From Selaginella moellendorffii (taxonomy: Eukaryota; Plantae; Lycopodiophyta): a stretch of DNA of 64,000 bases. Every line of letters starts with the position of its first letter. The stretch's first letter is position 1. Below are positions 1-11,456 of this stretch, one piece after another. Where the stretch lies: the NCBI RefSeq assembly GCF_000143415.4, contig NW_003314296.1, positions 1 to 64,000 of the forward strand, given 5' to 3'. A program made the position numbers and the translations under genes. The notes under the pieces were generated by a model, which saw nothing but the letters and a program-made list of their open reading frames with translations, was not told the origin of the DNA and did not search any database.

Positions 1-199
1 AAAAAGAAAAGGAGGATAAAGAAAAAGAAAGAGGCAAGCAGCTGCAGAGCTGCTTTTATCTCGCGTTCAGAAACACTGATCTATGCCGTCTATTTGAAGT
101 TTTTGAATTTGAACCGTTAGATTATAAGCATATTCAGAAATAATATTCTAAAAATGGAATAAAAGATGCCGGATGCCATATGCCAATAGCACGTTTAAA

Positions 200-1610
200 T
201 AAGGGAGTATGATGTATTTATAATTTATAAACATTCCTAAACACTTTTTAGCATATTCTAGTTTATTCTGAAAGTTGATATTTAATCTTGTGTTTATAAA
301 TTATAAACATGTTATAATCATAACCTTCCAATTGATCAATATAATTTATAAGTAATAAGCACTATTATTAAGCAAACCAAGCTTTGCTGCATGCAATGCA
401 CAACAAATTTTTAATCTAGTTGATCAAATGGAATTTTATAATTTATTTATATATCAACCATTAAATAGTAGAATAAATTAGAATATACTAGGAACTGCTT
501 AGGAAAATTTATAATTTGTAGACGTGTTTATAAATTATAAATTCAAGATTAAATATAAATTAATAACAACTGTTAAATGGTAGAATATCCCAGAAAATTC
601 AAGTATATTCTAGATATATTCATTACCCCTACAAGTTTACTTAAGCAAACCAAAAATTCTGAAAAAATTGGCAACTATGTATAAGAGCTTAAATAAAGGT
701 GGCATAAAATTTCAAATTTCATATATATTCTTTTTTTAACCTTAAGTATACCAACCCCGTTTGGAGTGAATGCTGACTCGAACTGAGCACTCTGGATGCG
801 TGATCGCTTGGTCCATCAGGATGCAGTCGAAACGGGGTTGACATTTTAAAGACAGTTATCCCATAAATCATTAAATGCTTAAATGAATGTATTCTGTCAA
901 TTAACATTGTGAAGCATAATCGTATTTTCAACATAAGTTTGAGGGGTTCTTTGATGATTCTCAAAACGATTAATAAGTGCTATATGAGCTTCAGTAAGAA
1001 GTTGGATATTTATTAAAGTTTGACCTCTATAAGAGATAGCAAAATAGTGCTCTTCTTGAATATTGAGGAGATAAAGTAGTACTACTAGTAGAATTAGTAA
1101 ATGAATACTTTTTTTTAATGTTTTCCACACAATTATATTCTGATAAACATATGTAAAAAAAAGACTTGAATTAAAAATGCTATAAATCTAGTAATTTGAT
1201 AGATTTTAATTTTTAAATAAAAATAAAAATAAATCAAAATATCTAACTTTAAATTTGATGATAAATGTTTGGAAAGTTGAATTTGTTTCTTATTTTTGGT
1301 TTGGTTAAGCAAACCTATAGGGGATGGTAGTGAATATACTTAGAATATACTTTGATATTCCAGGATATTCTACCATCATTTAGATTAATCTTGTATTTAA
1401 CATATTTATAATTTATAAACTTTCTTAAACTTTCTATTATAAACTTTCTATTATATCCTTTTTATTCTATCATCTAATGATTGATATGCAATAAGATTAA
1501 TCTTGTGTTTATAAATTACAAACATGCTTATAATTATAAACTTTATTTGATGAATTGGATTAATAAGTAAGAATAACACTACTATTAAGCAAACCAAGTG
1601 TTGACGCATA
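200..1610. repeat. AT-rich foldback/MITE-like repeat cluster (direct and inverted copies)
   Basis: 578-656 (tggtagaatatcccagaaaattcaagtatattctagatatattcattacccct...aagcaaaccaaaaa) is an imperfect reverse complement of ~1293-1376 (tttttggtttggttaagcaaacctataggggatggtagtgaatatacttagaatatac...ggatattctacca). ~210-400 is a direct copy of ~1400-1610 (tttataatttataaac...ttaatcttgtgtttataaatta...actattaagcaaaccaag). Confidence 0.7.
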
Positions 1611-2622
1611 GCAATTTATTTATTTATTTATGTAAAAATTTTATTTATATACTTGTTGCCAACTTGCAAACTAGTCTAAAATAGTATAGATAATAATAAA
1701 AAATATAATATATCTACAATGGTGAGGGGCATGTTATGCTTCTGGGAAATTTTTATTGATGTTTGCATGGGCAATGAGAGTTGGGAGGCCATATTGCATC
1801 TGTCACTAGTTTGATAGTGTTGCAAATGACTTTGCCCAAGTAAACGAGAGCCAGATCACATGCTCCCCTTTTTTTCACTCTGGAGCAATCTTTACACTTA
1901 AAACCATGGTCACATGTAAACCAGATTGATTTATATATATATGCAATGTGCTTCTTCCAGCCTTGCTGTTGTGCAATGACAGCCTTGTGTAAGCTTGTAC
2001 ACGGAGTTTTGTATAAGTTAAATGCGATGTTGTGCTTGCATCCGTATTTTTACTTGGTAAGCTAAAGCGAGTAAGATTGAGGTAGACCAAGATACCTATA
2101 TAGTGGCGATTAGGAGATCGAGATCTAAAGAAAGAAGCATAGAAGGTTTCAATCTCTTTGCCTTGCCAACGAGGTAATCACGCGTTATCACGAGTTGAGG
2201 TTCTTACTGCCACAACACACGAAAACTCGAAATGTCTCGTGAGCTCTACACGTAAAAATTAGATTAATTACTAAGAAATTATTTGACCATATATTCTCCT
2301 CATATGTTCTACGTTTGTAAATCCTAGACTTGTCACGGGGTTCGCCTGAGGAGAAGCGGTGCTCTCGGGAAAGAAAACAGTGAAGCTGGCGGAGAGACGC
2401 GACACGGGGGACAAGAGTCACTGTGAAAATCTGTGAACAAAAGATTAAAAATCCCCTGCCGCTTCAATAAGGTTGAAAAAGAGACAATTTACCCCTTGAA
2501 TCTCGAGTTTTGAGGTGCGTACTGCGAAGAGAATCTCGCTGCTTTCTCGACGATTGTTAGTAGATTCTGTCAGTGTTGCTTTTGTCCAGACGCTTTGTCC
2601 GGAATGATCAGAGGTTTTAAAA

Positions 2623-2625
<3 letters not shown>

Positions 2626-2652
<27 letters not shown>
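2626..2652. repeat. (CT)n microsatellite
   Basis: Uninterrupted tctctc... run. Confidence 0.9.
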
Positions 2653-2653
<1 letters not shown>

Positions 2654-2760
2654 TCTATCCTTTTCGTTCTCTAATCGATCTTACTTCCAAACTTGCAAGT
2701 TTGTCCTCGATCTGCTCTAAAAGATTCCAAGTGTTTCTCTTATTTGCTTGAACCATACCT

Positions 2761-4192
2761 CGAGAGCTGCGTAAAATCCAGGCAGAACTTTCCACTCACA
2801 CGGCAAAGGCTTCCGAGCTCGAAGGAGTTGTGGAGAGCTCTCGTCAAATGCATGTGACACTTTAAGGGAGCGTCGAAGCTGCCGAGAGCAAATCGGCGCA
2901 TTACGAAGAGCTCGCCAACGTCTCCAACAAGAAGGTTGCGGAGCTGGGGGAGGAGATGTCGAGTTTACATTCGAAACTGGCATCTCTAGAGAAGGTTCTG
3001 GCAAGCCAGGAAGAAACTCTGAAGGCGGCTGTTGACACCGAGGCGGAGCTACGTCAACAGCTCAAGCTCGCAGAAGAAACTTCAGCAATGCACGAGGCAA
3101 CAGCGGGCGAACGAGAAAAGGTGGCCTCGGAAAGAGAGAAGGAGCTCTCGGCTGTGAACTCCAAGCTGACAGCTTTGAAAGAGACCTTGGCTGGCCAAGA
3201 GGAGACTCTCAAGTCGGCTTTCCAAGCCGAGGCAGAACTGCGAGGCAAGCTTTCGAGCGCAGAAGAAGCTACCGCAAAGCATCAGGCTGACGCAGGGGAG
3301 AGCCAGAGAGCCGCAGCGGAGAAGATCGCCGCTCTCGAGAGTACCATCGAGAAGCTGGCGGAGAAGCTGGCTAATACGGAGGAAGTGCTCGAGGCCACCA
3401 AACAAGAGGCTGCGAGATCCAAAGACGCTGAAAGTAAGAAGGTGCAAGAGCTCGAGAAGGAAGCCGAGGCTATGGCATCAAACTTTCAAGCAGAGCTCGC
3501 GAAGGTCCAAGGTGTGGCGAGCTCTCTGGAGGAAAAACTGGACGAAGCAGCTCGACTCATTTCTGAGCAGGAGAAGACGATCTCGCGAAGGCAGGAGAGC
3601 GAGGCCCAGCAGCGAGATGGCTACGCATCGGAGACCAAGTCGCTCCTCGCCAAGCTAAGCGCGATGAGCGAAGAGTTTTCCAAGGAAAAGCAGCTGCTGG
3701 ATAATGAGGTAACTCTTGCCTGGGCTTCTTCTTTCCTCCTAATACTTTGTGATGAACGCCAGATATCTAGTATCAAAGGCGAGAGAGAGGATCTTCGTAA
3801 GAAGCTGAGTGAGATCCACGTAAATGGAGCGTTTGCCAAGAAGTTGGAGACTCGTCCGGCGGAGCCAGCCGTTGAAGAAGTCGAGGTAAGGAACCACACT
3901 TCTACAATTTTCTCTCCTTCTTCCTCGCTTGCTGCTAAGACATGGATTTTCATCTTCGTCACAGACGAGAAGTATCTCCAGAGATTTTGATACCGGAGCT
4001 CTCAAAGCAATGCCGAGGAGGAGGAAAGGAGCGGCTCCTTCCGCGGGAGTTGTGGAGGAGGAGACGAGCAGTGGCAAGGACAAAGTGGTGGGAAAGCAGG
4101 GCAAGGCTTCCTCCGGGTTCCTGGGAGCAACCATTGTCGCGGTTTCTGTGAGCTCCTTCGTCGGCTTACTGGTGGACAGGAAACTATTTTGA
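2761..4192 (+). CDS. Long coiled-coil protein with C-terminal tail anchor (PICC/PICL-like architecture); in-frame stop at 2863-2865, so N-terminally truncated or a pseudogene
   Basis: E/K/A/L-rich heptad sequence from 2761 to 3708. Introns at about 3709-3762 and 3886-3964 (gt...ag). Last exon ends in hydrophobic FLGATIVAVSVSSFVGLLV plus basic DRKLF*. Coiled-coil reading continues upstream of the ATG at 2956 through a TAA. Confidence 0.65.
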
Positions 4193-4364
4193 AAGAGAGA
4201 AAGAAAAAGTATATATTTTTTCTTATCCTTGCGGCTTTTCATATTCTAAATTATTTGACATAGAGATTGAAATATAATTCTCTTCTACTCATCAAACAAA
4301 TGAAAACTCCCTGGAAACCCTGGGATCCAACTATAAATTTTCTTTTGACAAAAATTTCCATGAA

Positions 4365-5126
4365 TCAGCAAGCCTGTATTTCTGGCAGGTCTGCCAGAAA
4401 TCCCTCAATATCAAGAAACACATCGTTGAATTCTTGAGGTTGTCCCCAGCAATTGGTTTGCACATCTCCACCTTCAACCCCACCAACAAACTCCTGACTA
4501 ACTTGATCAGCAAACACTCCATCGCCAAGCTCGCTAGCTTGAGCAAACACTTTTTGCACACAGTCACCAACAGGTCCTTGACCCAAGGCTGGCAGAAGCT
4601 CCCAACAACTGTTTTGATCAAAAGCCTCGTGAGATAAAGGTTGGGCACAATCACCCAGACCATGACCTTGCTCCCAATAAGTAGTTTGATCAAAACCCGC
4701 AACACAATCACCCATAACTTGAGATGATTCGCCTACAAATTCTTCCTGGACGACTGGAGTGATCTTGTCTCTTCCATGGCTCTTTAAAGTTCTCTTATTT
4801 CCACCAGTGGGCGATAGCGATACGTCCCTTACCTTGCCACCTTGTGTCCATTTTCCCTTGCACGACCTACAAGCGTAGCGCGGCTGGTCGCGCTTGCCAG
4901 TACTCTTCTCGTTGTTGTAGTAATCGAACCGCGTGTTGTAAGATTGGCACCTTGGGCACTGGTACACGTTGTCCGGCAGGTCGTGGTGCTCCCACACGCC
5001 GTACAAGTTTTGATCCCTCACCTCTTGGGCCGTGAGCTTGCAAGCCCTCTCGCTTCTCAGTCGACGCTTCTTTTTCAGCACCATGATACCATCGTCTTCT
5101 CTACTTCTCTTGCTTGCTCTCGCCAT
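4365..5126 (-). CDS. Divergent Dof (C2C2) zinc-finger transcription factor, intronless
   Basis: CPRCQSYNTRFDYYNN-EKSTGKRD-QPRYACRSCKGKWTQGGKVRDV matches the Dof consensus CPRCxSxNTKFCYYNN..QPRxFCKxCRRYWTxGGxLRNV. Basic KKKRR NLS upstream; acidic C-terminal tail. Confidence 0.85.
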   Translation of the reverse strand: MARASKRSREDDGIMVLKKKRRLRSERACKLTAQEVRDQNLYGVWEHHDLPDNVYQCPRCQSYNTRFDYYNNEKSTGKRDQPRYACRSCKGKWTQGGKVRDVSLSPTGGNKRTLKSHGRDKITPVVQEEFVGESSQVMGDCVAGFDQTTYWEQGHGLGDCAQPLSHEAFDQNSCWELLPALGQGPVGDCVQKVFAQASELGDGVFADQVSQEFVGGVEGGDVQTNCWGQPQEFNDVFLDIEGFLADLPEIQAC

Positions 5127-5343
5127 AGCTCGTATGACCCTAAAGGACTTGATCTTATTTATATGTGCACTAAAGTAAAGGCTGGGTTAGCTTAAACAAC
5201 GTAGATTCCCACTAATCCTGTGCGGTTTAAGGTAAGAATATCGGTCCGGAGCGCTGAAAGATGGAAGGTATGCAGCATCCACATCGCAGAGGGCAAGAAG
5301 GAAAGAGTCTGTTGATAAGCCATCGTAAAACGGCTGTATTCCA

Positions 5344-5820
5344 GGATGTACTTACTGGAGGACCTGACTCAGCGGCCATTAACACAGAGTGGGCACTCTC
5401 GGAGCTCATAAAATCCATCCTGCATGGCCAAAGCACAAGATGAGATCGATCTAATATTTGGCGGTAGAGAAGTAAACAAAGATGATCTTTCCAAACTAAA
5501 ATACCTCAAAGCCGTGGTCAAGGAGACATTCCGCTTGCATCCGCCGGCTTCTCTAATGGCTCCCCACGAATCACTCCAAGACTGCGAGGTAAACGGCTTC
5601 ACCATCCCTGCGAAAACAAGAGTGCTGATTAACATCTGGTCGATCGCTCGAGATCCAAGGTGGTGGGGTGAGTCTGCAGGGATTTTTAATCCTGAGAGGT
5701 ATGGGAAGCACTTTGAGCTTCTATGGATCCGGGAAAAGAATGTGTCCCGTGATGAACTTGGGACGGACAACGGTGGAAATCACTCTGGCTAGGCATTTAA
5801 GTGGGAGGTGAGCGTAGGTA
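5344..5820 (+). pseudogene. Cytochrome P450 (CYP71 clan) fragment, partial duplicate of exon 2 of the neighbouring P450
   Basis: DVLTGGPDSAAINTEWALSEL and AVVKETFRLHPP (ExxR) are present. Near-identical to 6904-7390, but with frameshifts and deletions across the heme motif; no exon 1. Confidence 0.85.
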
Positions 5821-6026
5821 ACTCTACGGTCTTTATCAAGGCTATGTGATTTTTCTTCGAGCGCGAAACAAATGAATGCCAGCCGTTGGTTCTAGGGCTC
5901 TTGGCAAAGGTCCATCGAACGGCTGCATTTCGCGCTTTTTTCTTCATCGAACTTTCCATGTGGCTTGTCACAATAATTTTTCCACCCATAATTGACACTG
6001 AGGTAGTAATGCTCTTCAGTAAAGCA

Positions 6027-7473
6027 TGGATATGATCACTGCAATCATCTTTTTTGGTATCTCTTCATTTTTGCTCACAAAGAAGAAATCTCCCACCAGG
6101 ACCAAATGGACTTCCACTTATTGGGCATTTGCATTTGCTAGGACCTCACTCTTACAAATCCCTGTCCAAACTCTCTGAAAGATTTGGTCCCATCATGAGT
6201 ATCAAACTTGGTGTAGTTCCAACCATTGTGGTGTCCTCCCCAGATGCAGCAAAAGCTTTTCTCTCCACTTATGACATCCATTTTCCATCAAGGCCAAAGA
6301 TCTCAGTTGCCGAGCATGTTTCCTATGTTTCATATGGTGACCATTGGAGGATGATGAGAATTGTAGCAAACTTGGAGCTCTTTTCTGCAAAGAGAGTGGA
6401 AGATTCAAGAGATCTAAGAGCGAGTAGAATTTCGAACCTTATTAATTCCATCGGCCGCAGTGGAGAGCTCCCGGTTGATATGGCTGCCAAACTGACTATG
6501 ATGAACATGAACTTATCCATGGCTTTCAACGAGAGATTTGAGGACTCACTGTTTGTGGAGCTGGTGTGAGAGGCAGTGGATTTTATGGGAGCTTTCGTCT
6601 TGGGCGATTATCTCCCCTTCTTGGGCTGGCTGGATTACCAAAACGCAGTTGGAGCCATGAAAGCAGCACACAAGCAACTGGACAAGGTGCTGCAAAGGAT
6701 CATTGATGAACACAAGTCAAAACTAAAGCCGGTGAGAAAAGGAGATGGCAAACCTCTCGACAAAGTTGACAATCAAGCTCCAGATCTGATCGACGTGATG
6801 CTGTCACTGGATGACTTTGACAACGATTGTCTGAAAGGCATGATCATGGTAACTTTTCAATAGTTTGGAAGCTAATGATCCATTTTAAAACGGGTGTGCC
6901 AGGACGTACTTGCCGGAGGAACTGACACAGCGGCTATCGCCATGGAGTGGGCACTCTCGGAGCTAATAAGAAATCAACCCTGCATGGCCAATGCACAAGA
7001 TGAGATCGATCTAATCGTTGGCGGCGGTAGAGACGTAAACGAAGACGATCTTTCCAAACTAAAATACCTCAAAGCCGTGGTCAAGGAGACCTTCCGCTTG
7101 CATCCGCCAGCTCCTCTAAGACTGCAAGGTAAACGGCTTCGCCATCCCTGCGAAAACAAGAAGGCTGATTACCATCTGGTCGATCGCTCGAGATCCAAGG
7201 TGGTGGGGTGAGTCTGCAGGGATTTTTAATCCTGAAGGTTTACGGAAGGCACAGTTGATGTGAAAGGGAAACACTGAGCTTCTACCATTTGGATCCGGGA
7301 GAAGAATGTGTCCCGGGATGAACTTGGGACCGAAAACGGTGGAAATCACCCTGGCTAGATTGATTCAGGCATTTAAGTGGGAGGTGAGCGAGGAGAACCT
7401 GGACATGGAGGATGCATTTGTCATAACTCTACGGAAGAAAGTACCTCTGAGAGCTCTCGCAACGCCAAGGTGA
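6027..7473 (+). pseudogene. Cytochrome P450, CYP71-clan (A-type) pseudogene
   Basis: Motifs LPPGPNGLPLIGHLHLLG, YGDHWRMMR, AGGTDT, KETFRLHPP and FGSGRRMCPG (7288-7317). Intron about 6849-6903. In-frame TGA at 6567-6569, a 23-nt frameshifting deletion near 7119, and further small indels near 7236-7278. Confidence 0.85.
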
Positions 7474-8187
7474 TGGTATGCAGCTTTTGTATGAAAAATT
7501 GTAAGAACGAAACTTTAAGCTCTTGGCTTTAAGTAACTCTTCCCAGTTGTATTCGGTTCAGATGGACATCTACAGAAGAAAAGAATAGAGGTTTTAGAAA
7601 AGTGTATGTCAATTGTTTTTTCTGATGTAAACACCTGAACTTCATCTTCTCAATGAATGAGGCGAGAGGCTCCCCCAGTCCTTGGCTCCGAGCTATAAAA
7701 ACAACCAACGTATTTATTTCAGCACACATGACGAACATATGACTTACATGCGATGAGCCTCTCTAGTTGTTGTTGCGCTCGTGTACAGTACAAGCGAATT
7801 CAAGCCCATCCACAGTGCGTAATCTGCAACACCGACAAAATACTGAGCGAAAGCGCAGGGCACATTCATCATGGCTGGCTCCCCCCAGGCAAGCAAGAGT
7901 AATTCAAACATGGAAGGGACCACTGAGCAAGCTAACCAAACGACACAAAGCAGTAAATTTCCACAAGCCAGAAAAAGAGTAAAATTTCAGCACAGCCAGC
8001 AAAAAGAAACCAGAAAAGTGGAATGCTTACCTCGGAGTAATTACCAATTTGGAGCACTCCTCTTGAGCCACCAGTCGCAAAGTAATCTCCTCCTTGGTCA
8101 CTATATAAGACCCATGCCGCGAGAGCTTTCATATCTCAGTCTCCTGCCTCGGGTTCTCTTCTTTCTCTCCAAGTGAGTGCTCTGATC

Positions 8188-9815
8188 ATGGAGTCGGCTT
8201 CTGGATTCGACTGGTGGATCCTCACTCTGCCTTTTTGCTCCCGGCATCTGTCTGCTGAAGCCAACGATCATGCATGGCGATTTGTCGCTGCTGTGGCCAT
8301 TTTTGTTCTAGCTGCTGTCTCGGCGATCCTGGCTTCCTGGTTTGTTCCTGGCGGCAATGCATGGGGAAGGACGCTGAAGAGGAAGCAGACGATCCCGGGA
8401 CCCCGAGGATGGCCAGTGCTTGGAGTCTTGACTGAGATGGGAGGCCAAGCTCACCGCAAGTTGGCCGCGCTTGCCGAGAAGCACCATGCAAAGGAGCTCA
8501 TGGCCTTCAGCCTGGGTAACACGAGGATGATCATCACCAGCAAGCCGGAAGTAGCACGAGAGCTGCTCAACAGTTCCGAGTTCGCGGACAGGCCCCTCAA
8601 GCAGTCGGCTCAGCAGCTCCTGTTTGGACGAGCAATCGGCTTCGCTCCCTATGGAGATTACTGGCGTAACCTGCGAAGGATTGCCTCCAACTATCTGTTT
8701 TCTCCACGCCAGATTGCTGCTCACGAACCATCTCGTCAGGCAGAGACAAGCAGGATGATCGAAGCCATGAGTACCTTTGCAGCAGACAACCACGGCCTTG
8801 TCCGAGTCCGGGACTTTCTCCAGCGAGCTTCGCTCAACAATATCATGCAGACGGTGTTCGGCAGGAGGTTCGAGGATGGCTCTGAAAATGCTGCTCAGCT
8901 TTCTGAGATGGTGAGGGAAGGATTCGAGCTGCTCGGTGCATTCAACTGGGCCGATCACTTGCCAGCTCTCAAGGCAGTCGATCCCCAGAACATCCTCCAG
9001 CGGTGTGCCGTTTTGGTTCCCCGCGTGACGAGCTTTGTGCAGAATATCATCGACGAGCATCGTCAGCTCGACAACAAAGCTGCTGGGCCGGACTTTGTTG
9101 ATGTGCTTCTCTCACTTGATGGCGAAGACAAGCTCAACGATTCCGACATGATCGCAGTCCTCTGGGTAAGAGTCTTCAATTCTCATTTTCGTTTGTGACT
9201 CACGTCTACGTGTCTTCACAGGAGATGATTTTCCGAGGCACTGACACCGTTGCTCTCCTCACCGAGTGGATTCTCGCGGAGCTCGTCCTCCATCCTGAAA
9301 TCCAGAGCAAGTTGCGTGAGGAGATCGCTAGCGTAGTTGGAGGAAAATCCGAAGTTGCCGAGTCCGACCTCCACAAGATGGTGTACCTCCAAGCCGTTGT
9401 AAAGGAGACTCTTCGGATGCATCCTCCGGGTCCCTTGCTCTCTTGGGCTCGGCTTGCGATTCACGACGTAACCTTGGCCGGTCACCACGTCCCTGCAGGC
9501 ACCACGGCCATGGTAAACATGTGGTCCATCACTCACGATCCATCCATCTGGTCCGAGCCTGAGAAATTCAGCCCGGAGAGATTTCTGGAGCAGGACGTCG
9601 ACGTGAAAGGAACTGACTTACGTCTCGCTCCATTCGGAGCTGGTCGCCGAGTGTGTCCCGGACGAGCTCTCGGCCTCGCTACTGTTCTTCTCTGGACGGC
9701 TCGGTTGGTTCACAAGTTTGAGTTCCAGGTCGACCCAGCCCATCCCGTTGATCTCACCGAAGTTCTCAAGCTGTCCAGCGAAATGGCTGCACCACTGGTG
9801 GTAAAAGTGAGATAG
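8188..9815 (+). CDS. CYP78: Cytochrome P450, CYP78 family (KLUH-like)
   Basis: [63 protein letters not shown] and [12 protein letters not shown] are CYP78 signatures. Exons 8188-9165 and 9222-9815, intron 9166-9221. Confidence 0.92.
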
Positions 9816-10284
9816 TTAGTCTCAAGCAAAAAAATGTGGCAAAGATCTTTCATCAATAAGATAATTCTAGAGATTCTTTATACCTCTCGAGATAGCTCTA
9901 TAGATCCTAGAGCGCAAATCTGAAGCTAGGCGTGGTGAGTCTGAGAAGATTATGTGAAGAACGAAGAAATTACCTCCAAAGGAAGAATAGGGGAAACGAT
10001 GTCCTGGCATTTCCCTACCTCGATCTTTATGCGCTGCGGCGAATCAATCAGGCGCGCTGGAGGATAGATTTCCCCCAATCCATCGCAAACCATCGCAGGG
10101 CACCTGGGAGATTGCAGAGTACCAAAGGAATGGAGGACTGATCTCTTTGCCGCGCAACAACCAAGCGATCTGACACAAGAACCCTAAGTGACGCCACAAG
10201 GATTCGAACAGCTGACGTGATGGGCCAAAGCGTACGTTTGTCCCGTACGGATAAACCCAAGGGGGAAAAGCCCTAAATTCTAAA

Positions 10285-11344
10285 ATGCTGGGGCGATTGG
10301 CGCCGAGGGCGAGGGCGTGGGCGCTGCGCGATGCCGCGCGATCGACTGAATGCCGGTGAGGATATCGTGATCTTTCTTCGAAATTCTCGCTGAGTCGATC
10401 GTTTTGCCAAGCTACACGGCATCGCGCTACTTCGCGGCCAGGGCATCAGCGTCGCCAGGGGCAACAGAGAGGCCAAACAAGACGCAAACGACTCTAATGT
10501 ATCTCAGCGCGGTGGTGATTGGAATGGTCGGTCTCACGTACGCCTCGGTGCCACTCTATCGGAGGTTTTGCCAAGCAACTGGCTATGGTGGAACAATCCA
10601 AAGAAAAGAGGTAACTTTCTTTCTCCTTCCTTTTTTTTTTTTTTTTTTGTTTTTTTACCATTTTCTGTGCTTGATTGGTGATGGCCATTTTGCAGTCTGT
10701 GGAGGAAAAGATCGCTCGCCATGCTAAAGAAGACGCTCCAGTAACTCGGTGTGATCTTTCTCTTTCCTTCTCAAGCATTCTGTGATTCGTTTCTTCATTT
10801 GCTCGTCTTTCTTTGCAGCGAGATTGTCGTGCAATTCAACACGGATGTCTCCGATAAGTTGCAATGGAGATTCACGCCGTGTCAAAGAACGGTAACTTCA
10901 GTTCTTGAGTTTAGTCACTCGTTTTGTTTTGCTGTTCAGGTGAAGGTGAGACCCGGTGAGAGCTCACTGGCGTTTTTCACGGCCGAGAATCTCAGTTCGG
11001 AGCCTATAACCGGTGTTTCAACATACAATGTGGTGCCAATGCAGGTACTTTGACGAGAACTATCCCGCCTTCAAAGTAGCTCACACTGGGATTTTTCCAG
11101 GCGGCCGTCTATTTCAATAAGATACAGTGCTTCTGCTTTGAGGAACAGAGGCTTCAACCAGGAGAAAAGATAGACATGCCCGTGAGTTCGAACAAAAATC
11201 AAAAACAAAGTCCATTGCCAGATTGTTACCGTGTCTCCTTTGCAGGTATTCTTCTACGTGGATCCAGAGTTTGCGACGGATCCCCGCATGGATGATATAA
11301 CAAATCTAGTCCTGTCCTACACATTCTTCAAAGTTGATGAATAG
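10285..11344 (+). CDS. COX11: Mitochondrial cytochrome c oxidase assembly protein Cox11/CtaG (multi-exon)
   Basis: Arg-rich presequence (exon 10285-10355 splices in frame to 10412). TM segment then [34 protein letters not shown] copper motif, and C-terminal [10 protein letters not shown]. Confidence 0.95.
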
Positions 11345-11456
11345 AAGTTTGCATCACTTCACATGAAAGTATGAAAGTCAGGAACTTTGGCATAAGTATT
11401 TAGTGCAAAGAACCTTTACAGAACTTAATTCACCATTAAGGTTTTTGGCAACAACA

